DNA of 64,000 bases. It comes from Candidatus Tenderia electrophaga. Its GTDB lineage: Bacteria > Pseudomonadota > Gammaproteobacteria > Tenderiales > Tenderiaceae. The position numbers were made by a program, and so were the translations under genes. The stretch is from assembly GCA_001447805.1 (NCBI GenBank), contig CP013100.1, positions 42,767 through 106,766 on the forward strand, in the 5' to 3' direction. Positions 1 to 10,199 of this stretch are shown one piece after another; position 1 is the first letter of the stretch; each line of letters opens with the position of its first letter. The notes under the pieces were generated by a model. The model was not told the origin of the DNA. It saw nothing but the letters and a program-made list of their open reading frames with translations, and made no database searches.

Positions 1-3000
1 CATCCAGTCCGCTAACTCATCATGGAACAACCAGATTCGTGGAAGCTGTTCGGATGATGAAACTTTGCGATTGTAGTTATCGAGCTTGGTGACCCCGGCC
101 TCCGCAAGAAGACGGTTTCTTCTTTCCATCTCGGCCACCAATTCTTCGAGAGCCTGGATGGCTTCATCCTGCTCGGTAATGAGGTCTCCATCGAGGTGTG
201 GCATGTTTCGCAGCCAGGGGAAATCAATCCCGGCCTTGGGATCAATCATACGGATGCGCGCTTTTTCAGGAGAGTTGGTTGCGCATATGTCCAATAGTAA
301 AGACTGTACCAGTACACCTTTACCACTCCCCGTTTCCCCGGCTATCAGAGTATGTGGGCCGTGTGGTTGATGCCCGCCGAATTCGTTGCCGACATTCAGG
401 TATAGAATTTCACCGTCAGCTTCTTTCGCACCTAGCAGTAAGCTCGTATTAGACTCCGGTGCTGTTGAGGGAAGTTGCCGTCTTCTCCAGAGATCCTGCA
501 ACCGCAGGATTGCTCGATGTGGTCGTTTGACCATGATGATAATTACCATTGGAGCAGCAAGGACCGTTATGACATCAACTGCATGGGATGTGAGTAGTTC
601 CTGCCGTTTTTTCTCCACCTTGGGTACGGTGAGGTCGTCTGAGCCCCTGAACCGAACAAGGGCTGCATTTGGGGTTAGCCTTGCACCAATCAGCTCAGCA
701 GTCATTTCATAACCCCGCAAAGCTCTTTGTAGGGCTTTGACTGTATTGTCCAGCCATGCTTTCGTGTCTTCGTCGTCCTCCTCGGAAGCAGCCCCGTTAT
801 TGACCCATTCAGCAAGCTGCCGTGACGGCCACATATTCAGCAATTCCTTTGGAACCTCGGAGTTGGCTTCTTCTATTTCATGGTCGTGCTGAGATGTTGT
901 GTTACTTCCCGTTGGGGCAGGGGCACTCGTAAGCGGTTCGGCTGGGGTTGTCGGTTCTTGCTTAGCGCCACGTTCTATAGATTCTGATTCTGGGGACTGG
1001 GTTTGTGAGACAGAGGATGTATTCGTTTCCGTATTCGTGGTTTGCTCTTGAGTTTTTGAAGCGACTCCCGTTGAAACAAGTGCATCAGTCCAAGTGCTAC
1101 CTTCGGATTGTGACTGCTCTTCAGGCCTACTGTCATTGTTAGCAAAGGAGCGGAATGCTCCTGTGACTTTCGCTTTGTCAAATACCTGTTGTACACAATG
1201 AGGCATGCCTTTTAGTGGTGTCGCGTCACCACTATCAACATATTCGTCATTATCGTGAACGAAGACATGCGAAAAACCCGCAAGCTGTATCGGCATCTTG
1301 TCTTGTCTGACTTCGTCTGACCATTTATGTAAGTCCCAACCATTCATCAAAGCTGAATCAAACGGCTCCATGCCTTCAATCATGAAGTCGCCTATGCGAT
1401 TTAGCCAAATGTCACGATCTATTCGTTTGTGATTGGGGTCTATGGCTCGTCCTAAGCGAGCTACGGTTTCTTCAAGTTGTTTGGCGGACTTCTTCGCCTG
1501 TGTTCTGTACCCGCGAGAACTTACAAACTTTGCTTCCGATATCGCTACTTTGAGAACCGGCAGACCATCCACGATACGAGGGGCAATGGCCATGATATCG
1601 GCGATTTGCTCTTCGCGTTGTCCGAACCAGGAAGCAAAATCATCCAGAAAATACCAACCTATAGGCAGATTAGAGTCTCCAAGCCTGTTTCGAATTTCTT
1701 CCATGGACAGGACAATGCCAAGCAACTCGTTTGCATAATGGCCATATCGAGCGGCACGCATAACCACTTGGCCAGACAATGTATTGGCTTGGTCAATGAG
1801 TTGGTCAATCACCGACTGATCATTGGAGGTTATTGCAGGATCGAGCCTGTCGAGCCGTTCTTTGAGAAGGACACGTAAAAGTTTGGGTTTGGATGTGGTC
1901 GAGACGACGATATTCCGGTCTACTTGCCGGTCTCTAATATGACGAATTACCCGTACCCCATTGTTGCTAAGAAGGCGACGGTCAACCAATTCATCAAAGT
2001 TTACAACCCATTCACCGATTTTGTGGGTTTGAGTAAAGACGTTGCCGATATCGCCATCTCTAAAGTTGACCTCGCGGGCAGGGATCACATTGCCCGGCGG
2101 AGCATTATCACCTTTCAAAAAGCCATGAATGAGGTTGAGATAATTCTGGCCCGGTTGTGGTTGCATGGGACATGCCAAATACACGGATGTGGCTGTATCC
2201 GCTAGGCCGATGGGGCGACGACGTGACCAGCGCGCCGGAACGTGAGTAATTAACTCTGGATGCCTGTCGCCGGGCGCTCTTTTCCATACGAGTTGGGCGT
2301 TCCTGGCCACAACGTCTTGAAGAGCCACCAAATCGGCGGCACGATCATTCTCGTCTTCCGGGATTTTAGCCGCATCAAGAAATCCTACGCGAAGTCTGGA
2401 AAGAAAATTTCTTGCCGCCTCACTGGCCATAACCGAGCCGGATTCTTCGTTTACTGTGACATTCTGTTGCTCATAAATCCGTCTAATGCGTTTGGGCTCT
2501 GAGTGCGTAAGCAGAAGATCACATTGCAGTTGATTCTCTTGTTCAACCTTGCTGGATAGCTCCGACGCCAAAGCGCTTGGTAACGCCTTGGATTCGGCGT
2601 TATACAGCACCACTGAAAAATTGCTGCGTTCGTGAGGCAGGAGCTTTAAATACTGCTCTCCGACTTTGCCAAAGGCTTTGGCCGCGACACCCGGCTCAAT
2701 ATCAAGTGCGTCGTCTCCGTCCTGTCGGTTTCTCCTTAAGGGCGGCTCTGCAAGCGTATAATCATAAGATGTGTCAGCCGCTGATAGGAGTATCGGCTGA
2801 TCCCGATCAAAGCCGATGCAGACTTCCGGGTAATAGTTCGCAAGCAGCTCGAACTGAACCTGAGAAAACAGAAGGTCCGCACGGAAAATATCATCTTCTT
2901 CCGCTTCAAGGACATCATGAATCAGTGTTGCAGCCTGACGGGCTTTGATATGAATTTCCGCAAGGCGTAGAGGATGCCATGGTGTAACGATGGCTGCCGG

Positions 3001-5010
3001 ACTCCCGGCACCGACATTGGCAACGCCAAATCGGAGAATTTCCTGCCAAAGCTTTTCTCGGGCGAGATCATTGCTTGCCTGTTTCACAAGGGCAACAAGT
3101 AACCCATCATACTCTATCGCCTGTTGAGAAAACGCAGTTGAACTTATTCCGGGGCCTTCCGCTGCGACCCAGTTACGAATAGCCTCCGAATAGGCAATGC
3201 GAAAGGCTTCAAACTTTTCACCGATAATTCTGGTGGCCTCTGTGCCTAATAGACTGGAAAGCTCCGTCAATTTAGTCAGAAAGGCTTCGCTTCGATCACC
3301 GCTTTGCTTATTCGGCGCAACAAGCTTTCCGTCATTCGTATTCGTGACATCGCGGATTGTATTTACATCATTCAATGCGATTCGCTGAATACTTCCTTTA
3401 GCACTGACAGATTGTCTGGCGATGTCTGCCGTAGGTAATAGTGCGTGCTGCTCTTCTTCATTGGCCACATTCAACAAGTCATCCGGCATGGCGGTGGCAA
3501 TCGCATCAATAGGCATTTCCCAGTGGAAAATCAGCTTAGCCTTCACACCATTGGGGTCGAGTACGGCTTCGAACTTGATGGATCGAGCCTCTTTAGACCC
3601 GGATGTTGTTTTAGCAAGATCGTCATCGGTTTGTGGAAAGTAAAATTCCATCAACTTTCCGAAATCTAATTCGACCTTGTCCCCCAGGATGGCCTGTAGT
3701 CCCCGATATCGAAACGCGAAGTACCGCGCTACCTTCGGGTTCTTTGCACGCCAAAAGCTTTTTTCTCTAGCGTTGGGGATGCGAATTGATAATTTCTTTT
3801 CGGTTAAATCGTCGTCACTGACCCTGCGGCGCAAGCTGTCCAGGGTATCCAGTAATCCAACCAGAAAGTCATGGTATGTTTGAGGGTTTCGATAGACGTA
3901 TCTTTCCCATTTTCCGGACAACTTTTTATCACGTGCCAAGTGCTCTCGGTGTGTTTCAAAAAAGTCTTGTAAATCGTCCGATGGGTCTTTGGGGAAATCG
4001 CTCGAAAGAAGCTCCCGTTCCTCTTCCTCAAGTAAATCGTCAAATTCATCGTCAAAGAACTTGACTGTTTCTTCACCCAAAGGCGTTGACGAGGTTTTTG
4101 TAATTCCTTCAAAAAGGTCAGAGACAGATCGCCAATCTAAGTCAACCAATCCTTTTTGCGCATCTGACCAATCATCAATACGCAAATCGGCCTCTAAAAA
4201 CGTTTCGATGGCTTGGCGTTCCGATTCATCTAGGCGCTCGGAAATGTCATTTAAGTTCGTGCGTAATTGCTCTCTGGGAATCGGCTCACCTTTCTCGGTT
4301 TCCTGAACCAGAAGAGGCCGAACTTTGCTATGCAGCCCTTTGAATATCTTGTCCCATTCCTTGGTTGAATTGCGCTTCTTTTCAGGTATGCGGTCAAAGT
4401 AACCGGAATATCGTGGAAGTTTCAAGCTCGGAAGGGCGTTATCAATGGCTTTTTGTAGAGGAAGTCCTTTGGTGATAATTCCTTCTGCAATAGAAAGTAC
4501 AAAATCTGCAAATGTCTCAATTGTTCTTGCGGCATGAGTGTTATTAGCCGACTGAAGGGCTGTCAGTAAGTGTTCCCGTTTAGGTCCATCAAGATATACT
4601 GAAGTTAACCCAACCTGATCAACCCAGGCATCATATCGTGCCCTTAGAGTGTCTGTTTCTATTTTTGTGACTTTTTCAACGCTCTTATCGTTACGCTGTA
4701 GCTCTTCGTGTGATGCGGCAAAGAGCACGGCACGGATACCTTCCGGTAAGCGACAATGACGCCAGTGCGTAATAGACTGATCGCTTCTCGCCTCGGGAGG
4801 GAGAGTGGCTTCAGGATCAAATAAATTCGGAACTCTTACAGCAGCATCGGATGAGGCATCCGAGTCAGCCAATACGGCTTCTGCAATAGAACGCACGAGG
4901 GAAGCTTCAAGACCAAGCATGCAAAAGCGCATGGAGCCATCTGGTTCCTGATCCAGATAGCCCTTTATGAAATCGAGCGCGACTGCCGCGATGAGTTCGT
5001 TTCTTGTCAT
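1..5010 (-). CDS. dptH: Giant DptH/DndH-like protein (>=1670 aa; C-terminus runs off the left edge) with a C-terminal FtsK/HerA-type translocase ATPase
   Basis: The minus-strand frame is open from the ATG at 5010-5008 to position 1, so it is missing from the complete-ORF track. The ATG overlaps the stop of the upstream gene (5007-5010). My translation of the last ~350 aa gives an FtsK-like segment: ELIGARLTPNAALVRFRG..., Walker A LIAGETGSGKGV (about 314-348), and Walker B RIWLFHDELADWM at the window edge. It is the third gene of an F-G-H-like operon. The family assignment rests on architecture only. Confidence 0.5.
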   Translation of the reverse strand, partial: MTRNELIAAVALDFIKGYLDQEPDGSMRFCMLGLEASLVRSIAEAVLADSDASSDAAVRVPNLFDPEATLPPEARSDQSITHWRHCRLPEGIRAVLFAASHEELQRNDKSVEKVTKIETDTLRARYDAWVDQVGLTSVYLDGPKREHLLTALQSANNTHAARTIETFADFVLSIAEGIITKGLPLQKAIDNALPSLKLPRYSGYFDRIPEKKRNSTKEWDKIFKGLHSKVRPLLVQETEKGEPIPREQLRTNLNDISERLDESERQAIETFLEADLRIDDWSDAQKGLVDLDWRSVSDLFEGITKTSSTPLGEETVKFFDDEFDDLLEEEERELLSSDFPKDPSDDLQDFFETHREHLARDKKLSGKWERYVYRNPQTYHDFLVGLLDTLDSLRRRVSDDDLTEKKLSIRIPNAREKSFWRAKNPKVARYFAFRYRGLQAILGDKVELDFGKLMEFYFPQTDDDLAKTTSGSKEARSIKFEAVLDPNGVKAKLIFHWEMPIDAIATAMPDDLLNVANEEEQHALLPTADIARQSVSAKGSIQRIALNDVNTIRDVTNTNDGKLVAPNKQSGDRSEAFLTKLTELSSLLGTEATRIIGEKFEAFRIAYSEAIRNWVAAEGPGISSTAFSQQAIEYDGLLVALVKQASNDLAREKLWQEILRFGVANVGAGSPAAIVTPWHPLRLAEIHIKARQAATLIHDVLEAEEDDIFRADLLFSQVQFELLANYYPEVCIGFDRDQPILLSAADTSYDYTLAEPPLRRNRQDGDDALDIEPGVAAKAFGKVGEQYLKLLPHERSNFSVVLYNAESKALPSALASELSSKVEQENQLQCDLLLTHSEPKRIRRIYEQQNVTVNEESGSVMASEAARNFLSRLRVGFLDAAKIPEDENDRAADLVALQDVVARNAQLVWKRAPGDRHPELITHVPARWSRRRPIGLADTATSVYLACPMQPQPGQNYLNLIHGFLKGDNAPPGNVIPAREVNFRDGDIGNVFTQTHKIGEWVVNFDELVDRRLLSNNGVRVIRHIRDRQVDRNIVVSTTSKPKLLRVLLKERLDRLDPAITSNDQSVIDQLIDQANTLSGQVVMRAARYGHYANELLGIVLSMEEIRNRLGDSNLPIGWYFLDDFASWFGQREEQIADIMAIAPRIVDGLPVLKVAISEAKFVSSRGYRTQAKKSAKQLEETVARLGRAIDPNHKRIDRDIWLNRIGDFMIEGMEPFDSALMNGWDLHKWSDEVRQDKMPIQLAGFSHVFVHDNDEYVDSGDATPLKGMPHCVQQVFDKAKVTGAFRSFANNDSRPEEQSQSEGSTWTDALVSTGVASKTQEQTTNTETNTSSVSQTQSPESESIERGAKQEPTTPAEPLTSAPAPTGSNTTSQHDHEIEEANSEVPKELLNMWPSRQLAEWVNNGAASEEDDEDTKAWLDNTVKALQRALRGYEMTAELIGARLTPNAALVRFRGSDDLTVPKVEKKRQELLTSHAVDVITVLAAPMVIIIMVKRPHRAILRLQDLWRRRQLPSTAPESNTSLLLGAKEADGEILYLNVGNEFGGHQPHGPHTLIAGETGSGKGVLVQSLLLDICATNSPEKARIRMIDPKAGIDFPWLRNMPHLDGDLITEQDEAIQALEELVAEMERRNRLLAEAGVTKLDNYNRKVSSSEQLPRIWLFHDELADWM

Positions 5011-6539
5011 TTATTGCTCCTGAACGGGTTCTCAACGTAGGCACAATCATCAGATAGGCGACGAAGCAATCCTAATGTTCTCAAACGCTGTTCTAAACGC
5101 TGCGTATTTTGCATGAAGGCATTTTGATCAGTCGGCAGAGTTCCAAACGCTCTCTCTGCTTCTTTGGCGCCGATTACCAAACGGAATCGGTCATAGAGTT
5201 TTGCGAGAAAGCGGTGGTATTCCTCCCTACCTTCATCCACAACACACATGACCAGGGCTTTGAGTAGAGAATCATCTGGCGAGTACCATGTTCCAGCGCC
5301 ACGCCGTGATACTGCTAATCCAATATGCCTTGCCCATTCCATGTGTACTTTTGCCACATGCTGCTGGTGACGCTTCTCGGCATAAGTCCTTAAGGCATCA
5401 AAGATTGTATCCGGATCACCGGAGGGAGGACCATCGTCCGGCTGCCATTCGTAGCGTTCGGTAAGATATTCCCGTACCGCTTCTGCGGGCGATCTGGCTT
5501 GTAGTGCTTCACGCCAGCGGTCGTCGTTTTTTGCAGATTCTATATATGCGCGAACGGCCCGTGTCGATAGCATACGGTTCGCTCCGAAATTCTCTTTTGA
5601 GAGTTCAAAGAGTGTTGTTCGGCGAGGTGAGGCGATTTCCAAGACAAACTTTGGTTCACTGGCGTCACCCACTTCTTCATTCGCACGTTTGAGCATATAT
5701 AAAAGCATGTGTAATGAAGAGAGGCGCATCAAAGGATCGAGCAATGCTTCGCCGGATAAATCCAGATTCAGCAGGCGAGTCCATGTTTCAGCAAGATCTT
5801 CGTATTCGGGGCGCTCGGCAAAAGGCAGGTATCCAATATTGCTCGACACCAAATTAGAGTTGATCCTATACCCATCAGGTAACAGCGCCCGAACGACGCG
5901 ATTCCACGTTTCATCTTGGCGCAGCAATTTCTCGGAAATCAATTCGGCGAGTTCTTTTCCCTTACTGCTACGGTTCAGCATCAGGTAAAGTAGTTCACCG
6001 CTTCTTGCAAAGAAGCGTCTGTCGGGACTTCCGTTTACATTCGCCGGTAAATCCGCATACAGGCAGTTCGGGCCGTACGGAAATAGAAAGCGAGAGGTCC
6101 ATCGACGTTGGCGGTGCGGCTCAATTGCTGTGGTTTGAAAGAACTCGACGACGCGGGAAAGCCGGGCGAATGAACCAAAACGGTCTTGTAGATATCCGAA
6201 ATCATCGTCTGTAGAAAATGTTTTCAACCACGCCCGCCATCTCTCTGTATCAGACTGGTGGTTGTCCTCAACATATCGAATGTGGGGGTTGTTAAAGACC
6301 AATTGCCGAAGTGGAATAAGGCGAGGAATATAATACGAGAATGTCTCGTGCGCACCGTCGTTACGGATTTCTTTCAGTGCTTTTCCTTCAGCGTCTCTCG
6401 ACTGAAAGATGGCTAGGAACTCCAGGAACACAATCCACGGTGTCTGGTCGTTGTATAGACGGTGTCCCCAGATGGCTTCGTCAACCCAAACATTAACATC
6501 GCTTCTGTATTTAGCAGGAGCTTCAAGACGTGTATTCAT
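5007..6539 (-). CDS. dptG: 510-aa protein, DptG/DndG-like by position and size (no motif I can name)
   Basis: Complete ORF whose start and stop both overlap the neighbouring genes (6536-6539 and 5007-5010). It is the middle gene between a P-loop NTPase and the FtsK-motor giant protein. Confidence 0.4.
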   Translation of the reverse strand: MNTRLEAPAKYRSDVNVWVDEAIWGHRLYNDQTPWIVFLEFLAIFQSRDAEGKALKEIRNDGAHETFSYYIPRLIPLRQLVFNNPHIRYVEDNHQSDTERWRAWLKTFSTDDDFGYLQDRFGSFARLSRVVEFFQTTAIEPHRQRRWTSRFLFPYGPNCLYADLPANVNGSPDRRFFARSGELLYLMLNRSSKGKELAELISEKLLRQDETWNRVVRALLPDGYRINSNLVSSNIGYLPFAERPEYEDLAETWTRLLNLDLSGEALLDPLMRLSSLHMLLYMLKRANEEVGDASEPKFVLEIASPRRTTLFELSKENFGANRMLSTRAVRAYIESAKNDDRWREALQARSPAEAVREYLTERYEWQPDDGPPSGDPDTIFDALRTYAEKRHQQHVAKVHMEWARHIGLAVSRRGAGTWYSPDDSLLKALVMCVVDEGREEYHRFLAKLYDRFRLVIGAKEAERAFGTLPTDQNAFMQNTQRLEQRLRTLGLLRRLSDDCAYVENPFRSNK

Positions 6540-8401
6540 GAACCCACCCTGATCCGTACATTGTCGCGATGGATTCGGCCATGCTCATCCACAGTAAGTG
6601 CTTGCAAGCTGATTTCATCACCGGACGGCTCTTCTCCGATCAGGTCATCAAGTCTTTTGATCAGCCTTAATTTGAAATCCAGAAAGTCTTCGTTGCATTG
6701 CCGGGAAAAGCTTGCCGGTAAACTGCCGCTTGCGACACGGATAAGATACTCGAAATGAGTAAGCTGAAGGGTCAGGCTGTCAACAATACCGTCGCCGTCG
6801 GCGGCAGGATCAATGATCTGCAAACACGGTGTGGCGCCGTCGGCCCCCAATGCAAAATTGAGGTAGGGGTCTCTTCTGTGGCGGGTTGTCGGCAAGTCAT
6901 AATTCAGAAGAGAGGCAATCCGACCTCGGCCATCACCACCGGATGACGCAAGATAAAGTTCCGTTCCGTCATCAATCATCATTCCACAGAATGTTCGGTT
7001 TAGCCCTCGAACAAGGAGCTCTGTCGTCCTGGATGTGTCGCCGCTGTTTTTTAATCCTTCTACAAAATCCAGAAACTGCCCAGATGCCTGATAAACAGTT
7101 AAACGCCAAGGATCAAGGTTGCTTTCGCCAGACAAGGAGAAAAAGAGCCGTTGTCGTTGTCTCGAAAGCGCCTGCATGAATGCTTCGATGTTCTCTCGTG
7201 CGCCTTCAAGGTAATCTCGTAAATATGGTTCATACGCGGTTGCACCGTAATAAGCATCTTTGGAGACCAAATCCGTATAGAGTGTTGAATCGCTGTATGA
7301 GCCGTAAATGAGCAAATTATCAAACTTGTTGTCTGTTTCGCGTCCAATCCCGAAGGCTTCTAGGATGTTGAATACTTGATACTGTTGCCGTTGGCGCTCA
7401 GAAAGATTCATTCCGAATACGTTGGCATAGGGGTTCGTTAAGCGATAGTCGTCTTTCTCAGCGCGATTCTTTGCCGTACGGCAGGTTAATAAAATCCGTC
7501 CGCTTTGCCGGTCTCCCAACAGTATATTGACACCGAGAAGAAGTAAGTCCCGGATGGGAATGTGCATACGGTTGGCCCGCGCAAGCTTCATCAGTTCTCC
7601 CAATCGCTTGCGAAACACTGACCCTTCGCTTCCGTTGCGTAGACGCTCTCTGTTAATGCGGATAGGACAAGTCGTTGATCCGTCGCTCTTTAACATGTCA
7701 CAGGCGTCACATTGAGACCACTGCGGATGCTCAACCACTTGCTCAATGAGATCCTGAAAATGTTCAGAAGCATCGAGATGACTGAGATTATAAAGATTTA
7801 GATGAAGAGTATCGTCTCTTGTACGTTCCTCAACAAGCATGTCTTCTACGATTTTGAATGTCTTGTGTTCTTCCTCTCCTTGGCTTTCCGACCAATCACG
7901 CCAACTCGCCAGAAGCTGGCCATCATTGGCCGCGACAAGATACACATTCTCAGAATCTTTGCCGGCGACGGACGAGGCCACCCTGGCCAGAATTTTGTTC
8001 TTTTCCTCTTGTGTCAGCTCGCTCAGGTCTTTGATAATGGTTAATGTTTTTCCCGAAGTGGGAAGTGTTAGAGAGACACTCTTTTCGCCAGCATCCCAAT
8101 GTTTGGGATCGCCGCCGAAAGCAGTCCAGATTTGGCGGCAGTGGAAGGTCTTTCCATCGCCAGCCGTACCCGTAAGGACTACGTTACGAGGTCCAGATTT
8201 CCTAAAATTCCTGTCTATTTCTTGTAGCTTAGCTGGAGTTATGTGAATTTCATGGTGAATCCCATGCCGCTCTATTTCGGCCTGAATTAGTTCGTCGTAC
8301 ATGTTGTCCCCAGCAGGAATGGGGCCGTAATGACGTAGAAAAGAGACTAAGCTATTTGACTGGCTCACCCGTATGGCCTCCGTAAAAGTAAGAATGGGCA
8401 T
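6536..8401 (-). CDS. dptF: 621-aa P-loop NTPase, DptF/DndF-like
   Basis: Walker A VVLTGTAGDGKTFHC. First gene of a three-gene, translationally coupled operon, preceded by a ~700-bp AT-rich intergenic region. Confidence 0.45.
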   Translation of the reverse strand: MPILTFTEAIRVSQSNSLVSFLRHYGPIPAGDNMYDELIQAEIERHGIHHEIHITPAKLQEIDRNFRKSGPRNVVLTGTAGDGKTFHCRQIWTAFGGDPKHWDAGEKSVSLTLPTSGKTLTIIKDLSELTQEEKNKILARVASSVAGKDSENVYLVAANDGQLLASWRDWSESQGEEEHKTFKIVEDMLVEERTRDDTLHLNLYNLSHLDASEHFQDLIEQVVEHPQWSQCDACDMLKSDGSTTCPIRINRERLRNGSEGSVFRKRLGELMKLARANRMHIPIRDLLLLGVNILLGDRQSGRILLTCRTAKNRAEKDDYRLTNPYANVFGMNLSERQRQQYQVFNILEAFGIGRETDNKFDNLLIYGSYSDSTLYTDLVSKDAYYGATAYEPYLRDYLEGARENIEAFMQALSRQRQRLFFSLSGESNLDPWRLTVYQASGQFLDFVEGLKNSGDTSRTTELLVRGLNRTFCGMMIDDGTELYLASSGGDGRGRIASLLNYDLPTTRHRRDPYLNFALGADGATPCLQIIDPAADGDGIVDSLTLQLTHFEYLIRVASGSLPASFSRQCNEDFLDFKLRLIKRLDDLIGEEPSGDEISLQALTVDEHGRIHRDNVRIRVGS

Positions 8402-9122
8402 TTGAGGAGGGATATTTCCACTTCACGTTTCTCAGGCCATTACGGGTACCCCCATTTAATTTTCGTCCCTGGAGTTTCTTTTCAATAAGTTCGGACATGG
8501 TTGCTGGTATCGGCTGTAAGTCAGTTGCGAACCACATTCGGTGGGAGACTACGAGAGTTACGTGATTCATTTATTATCTGATCCATTAGAAGGGTCCGCT
8601 AGCATTGGAAATTCATTAAATTTATGCTCATTATCGGGCATATGTGTTATTTGATGCATACTCTTAATGTGTGTGATGGACATCTAGGTTGGTGTATTAG
8701 TGATCAATAATACGATGTTGATGAATGCATCAAGCAATTTCTTGTTACCCGAGAATCTAATTTACAGACAAATGTTGTGTCCCTAACGCGTCCTTTGCGC
8801 GAGCTGAGTCCTGGGAGGCCAGCTAGATCTTTAGCTTTTCTCTCCGATTCTATGTGGTTGGCAAAATCAAGTGTTCGCGCGTCGTGCTACCGAATTGCAC
8901 GTTGGGCACGGATATGATCGTGTTTTTCAGAATACAATGCCGTAAGGGCAGGAGTAATTTCTACGCGATGGGGAAAAATGTCGCAACCCGACATTGAGAT
9001 ATCATCCCCCAAAGTGTTTAATTACTCGTGTTGTTTTTCGATATTAGCTGATCAACCGCCTTCCCTGCAGCATAAATTAACTTATGGGGATAATAGCAAG
9101 CCGAGGGCGGAAAATTAAAACC

Positions 9123-9959
9123 CTACTCCGATTCATACCCTAGCCGCTCTAATACCCCCCCAAGAACATCAAGATTCGCATACCTGATTCGTAACTCCCC
9201 TGCCCCATCGTGGTGGTCAAGCTCAACGGGACAGCCGATCAATTCGCCCAGGCGCTCCTCCAGCCGGACGATTTCTCGGTCTTTGTTTTTCTGAGTCCGG
9301 GGGGGTGAAGATGAGGAGGAGCTTGCGGGTCCTTCCTCCGGCGGCAGGCCTTCGATGGTCGCGCTCACCATGGTTTCGAGCTGACGGCTCGTCACCCGCT
9401 GCTTGATGCACTTCTCAGCGAGCTGGCGTTGCTCCATGTGGGATAGCCGGTCGTTTGCCAGGATGCGTGCATGGGTGTAGTCGAGGCGCCCGGCACGGAT
9501 CTCCCCTTTAACCCAAGGGGCCAGCTGAAGCAGGCCGAGGAGCTTCGATACGACCGTCCTGGTTTTACCGAATCGGCGGGCGATCTCCGCTTTGGAGACC
9601 TTTTCCCGATTCATCAGCGCTTGGTAACACTCTGCCTCGGTGATGGGGTCGGGCTCATTCGAGAGACGATAATCGGCGCCGATGAGATCGGCTGCCTGGG
9701 TATCTGAGAGGTCGTCTCGGATGGCGCATGGAAGGGTGTAGATGGCTGCCCTCTGGGCGGCAATCCAAACTGCCTCCCCTTTCACGAGCTCATATCGGGT
9801 GGAATCCTGTGGGGAGGGCCTGACAGTGACGACGTCAGTTACGCCGTGCTGGACCAGGGAGCGAACCAGCTCCGGTGAAGGAGTTGCCGGCGCCCGCTTT
9901 GGTCTCAGCGGTGAATAGCCGATGAGATCGATGTCCAGCTGTTTGAATTGTACGCCCAT
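9123..9959 (-). CDS. ParB/Spo0J-like DNA-binding protein (278 aa from ATG 9959)
   Basis: ParB N-terminal box YELVKGEAVWIAAQRA; HTH AEIARRFGKTRTVVSKLLGLLQL; Spo0J-type C-terminus LEERLGELIGCPVELDHHDGAGELRIRYANLDVLGGVLERLG. The longer 305-aa start would run through a terminator hairpin, so I prefer ATG 9959. Confidence 0.75.
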   Translation of the reverse strand: MGVQFKQLDIDLIGYSPLRPKRAPATPSPELVRSLVQHGVTDVVTVRPSPQDSTRYELVKGEAVWIAAQRAAIYTLPCAIRDDLSDTQAADLIGADYRLSNEPDPITEAECYQALMNREKVSKAEIARRFGKTRTVVSKLLGLLQLAPWVKGEIRAGRLDYTHARILANDRLSHMEQRQLAEKCIKQRVTSRQLETMVSATIEGLPPEEGPASSSSSSPPRTQKNKDREIVRLEERLGELIGCPVELDHHDGAGELRIRYANLDVLGGVLERLGYESE

Positions 9960-9995
9960 TGATTGTGTCCCAGTGTCGTTACCTAATAAGCTAAC

Positions 9996-10030
9996 AAAAA
10001 GCGTGCCGCGCGGCACGCTTTTTGTTTTTT
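9996..10030. terminator. Bidirectional rho-independent terminator between parB and the Spo0J-like gene
   Basis: aaaaaGCGTGCCGcgCGGCACGCtttttgtttttt: a GC stem flanked by an A-run and a T-run. Confidence 0.7.
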
Positions 10031-10175
10031 CGGGGTTCATAAGAGGACTAAGTGGGTGGTATATGCTTATATCAGCGGGGTGTGCGGGACAGGGGTGGGA
10101 AATCCGCCGTGAGAATGAGCTCTATTTTAACTTGGCCAAAATCTTTAAAAAGTATTTAAAAACAATATGTTAATT

Positions 10176-10199
10176 AAAAATTGGCCATGGCCAATTTTT
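10176..10199. promoter_or_regulatory. Perfect 24-bp palindrome, candidate parS centromere/ParB operator
   Basis: AAAAATTGGCCATGGCCAATTTTT abuts the parB stop codon. An 18-bp copy of its core lies at 13742-13759 inside oriV. Confidence 0.5.

Noticed and set aside
8352-8570. 72-aa minus-strand ORF overlapping the start of the DptF-like gene
   Set aside because: It overlaps the first 50 nt of the dptF-like gene, has no SD and no recognisable motif. It could be a small upstream regulator, but I cannot support that.
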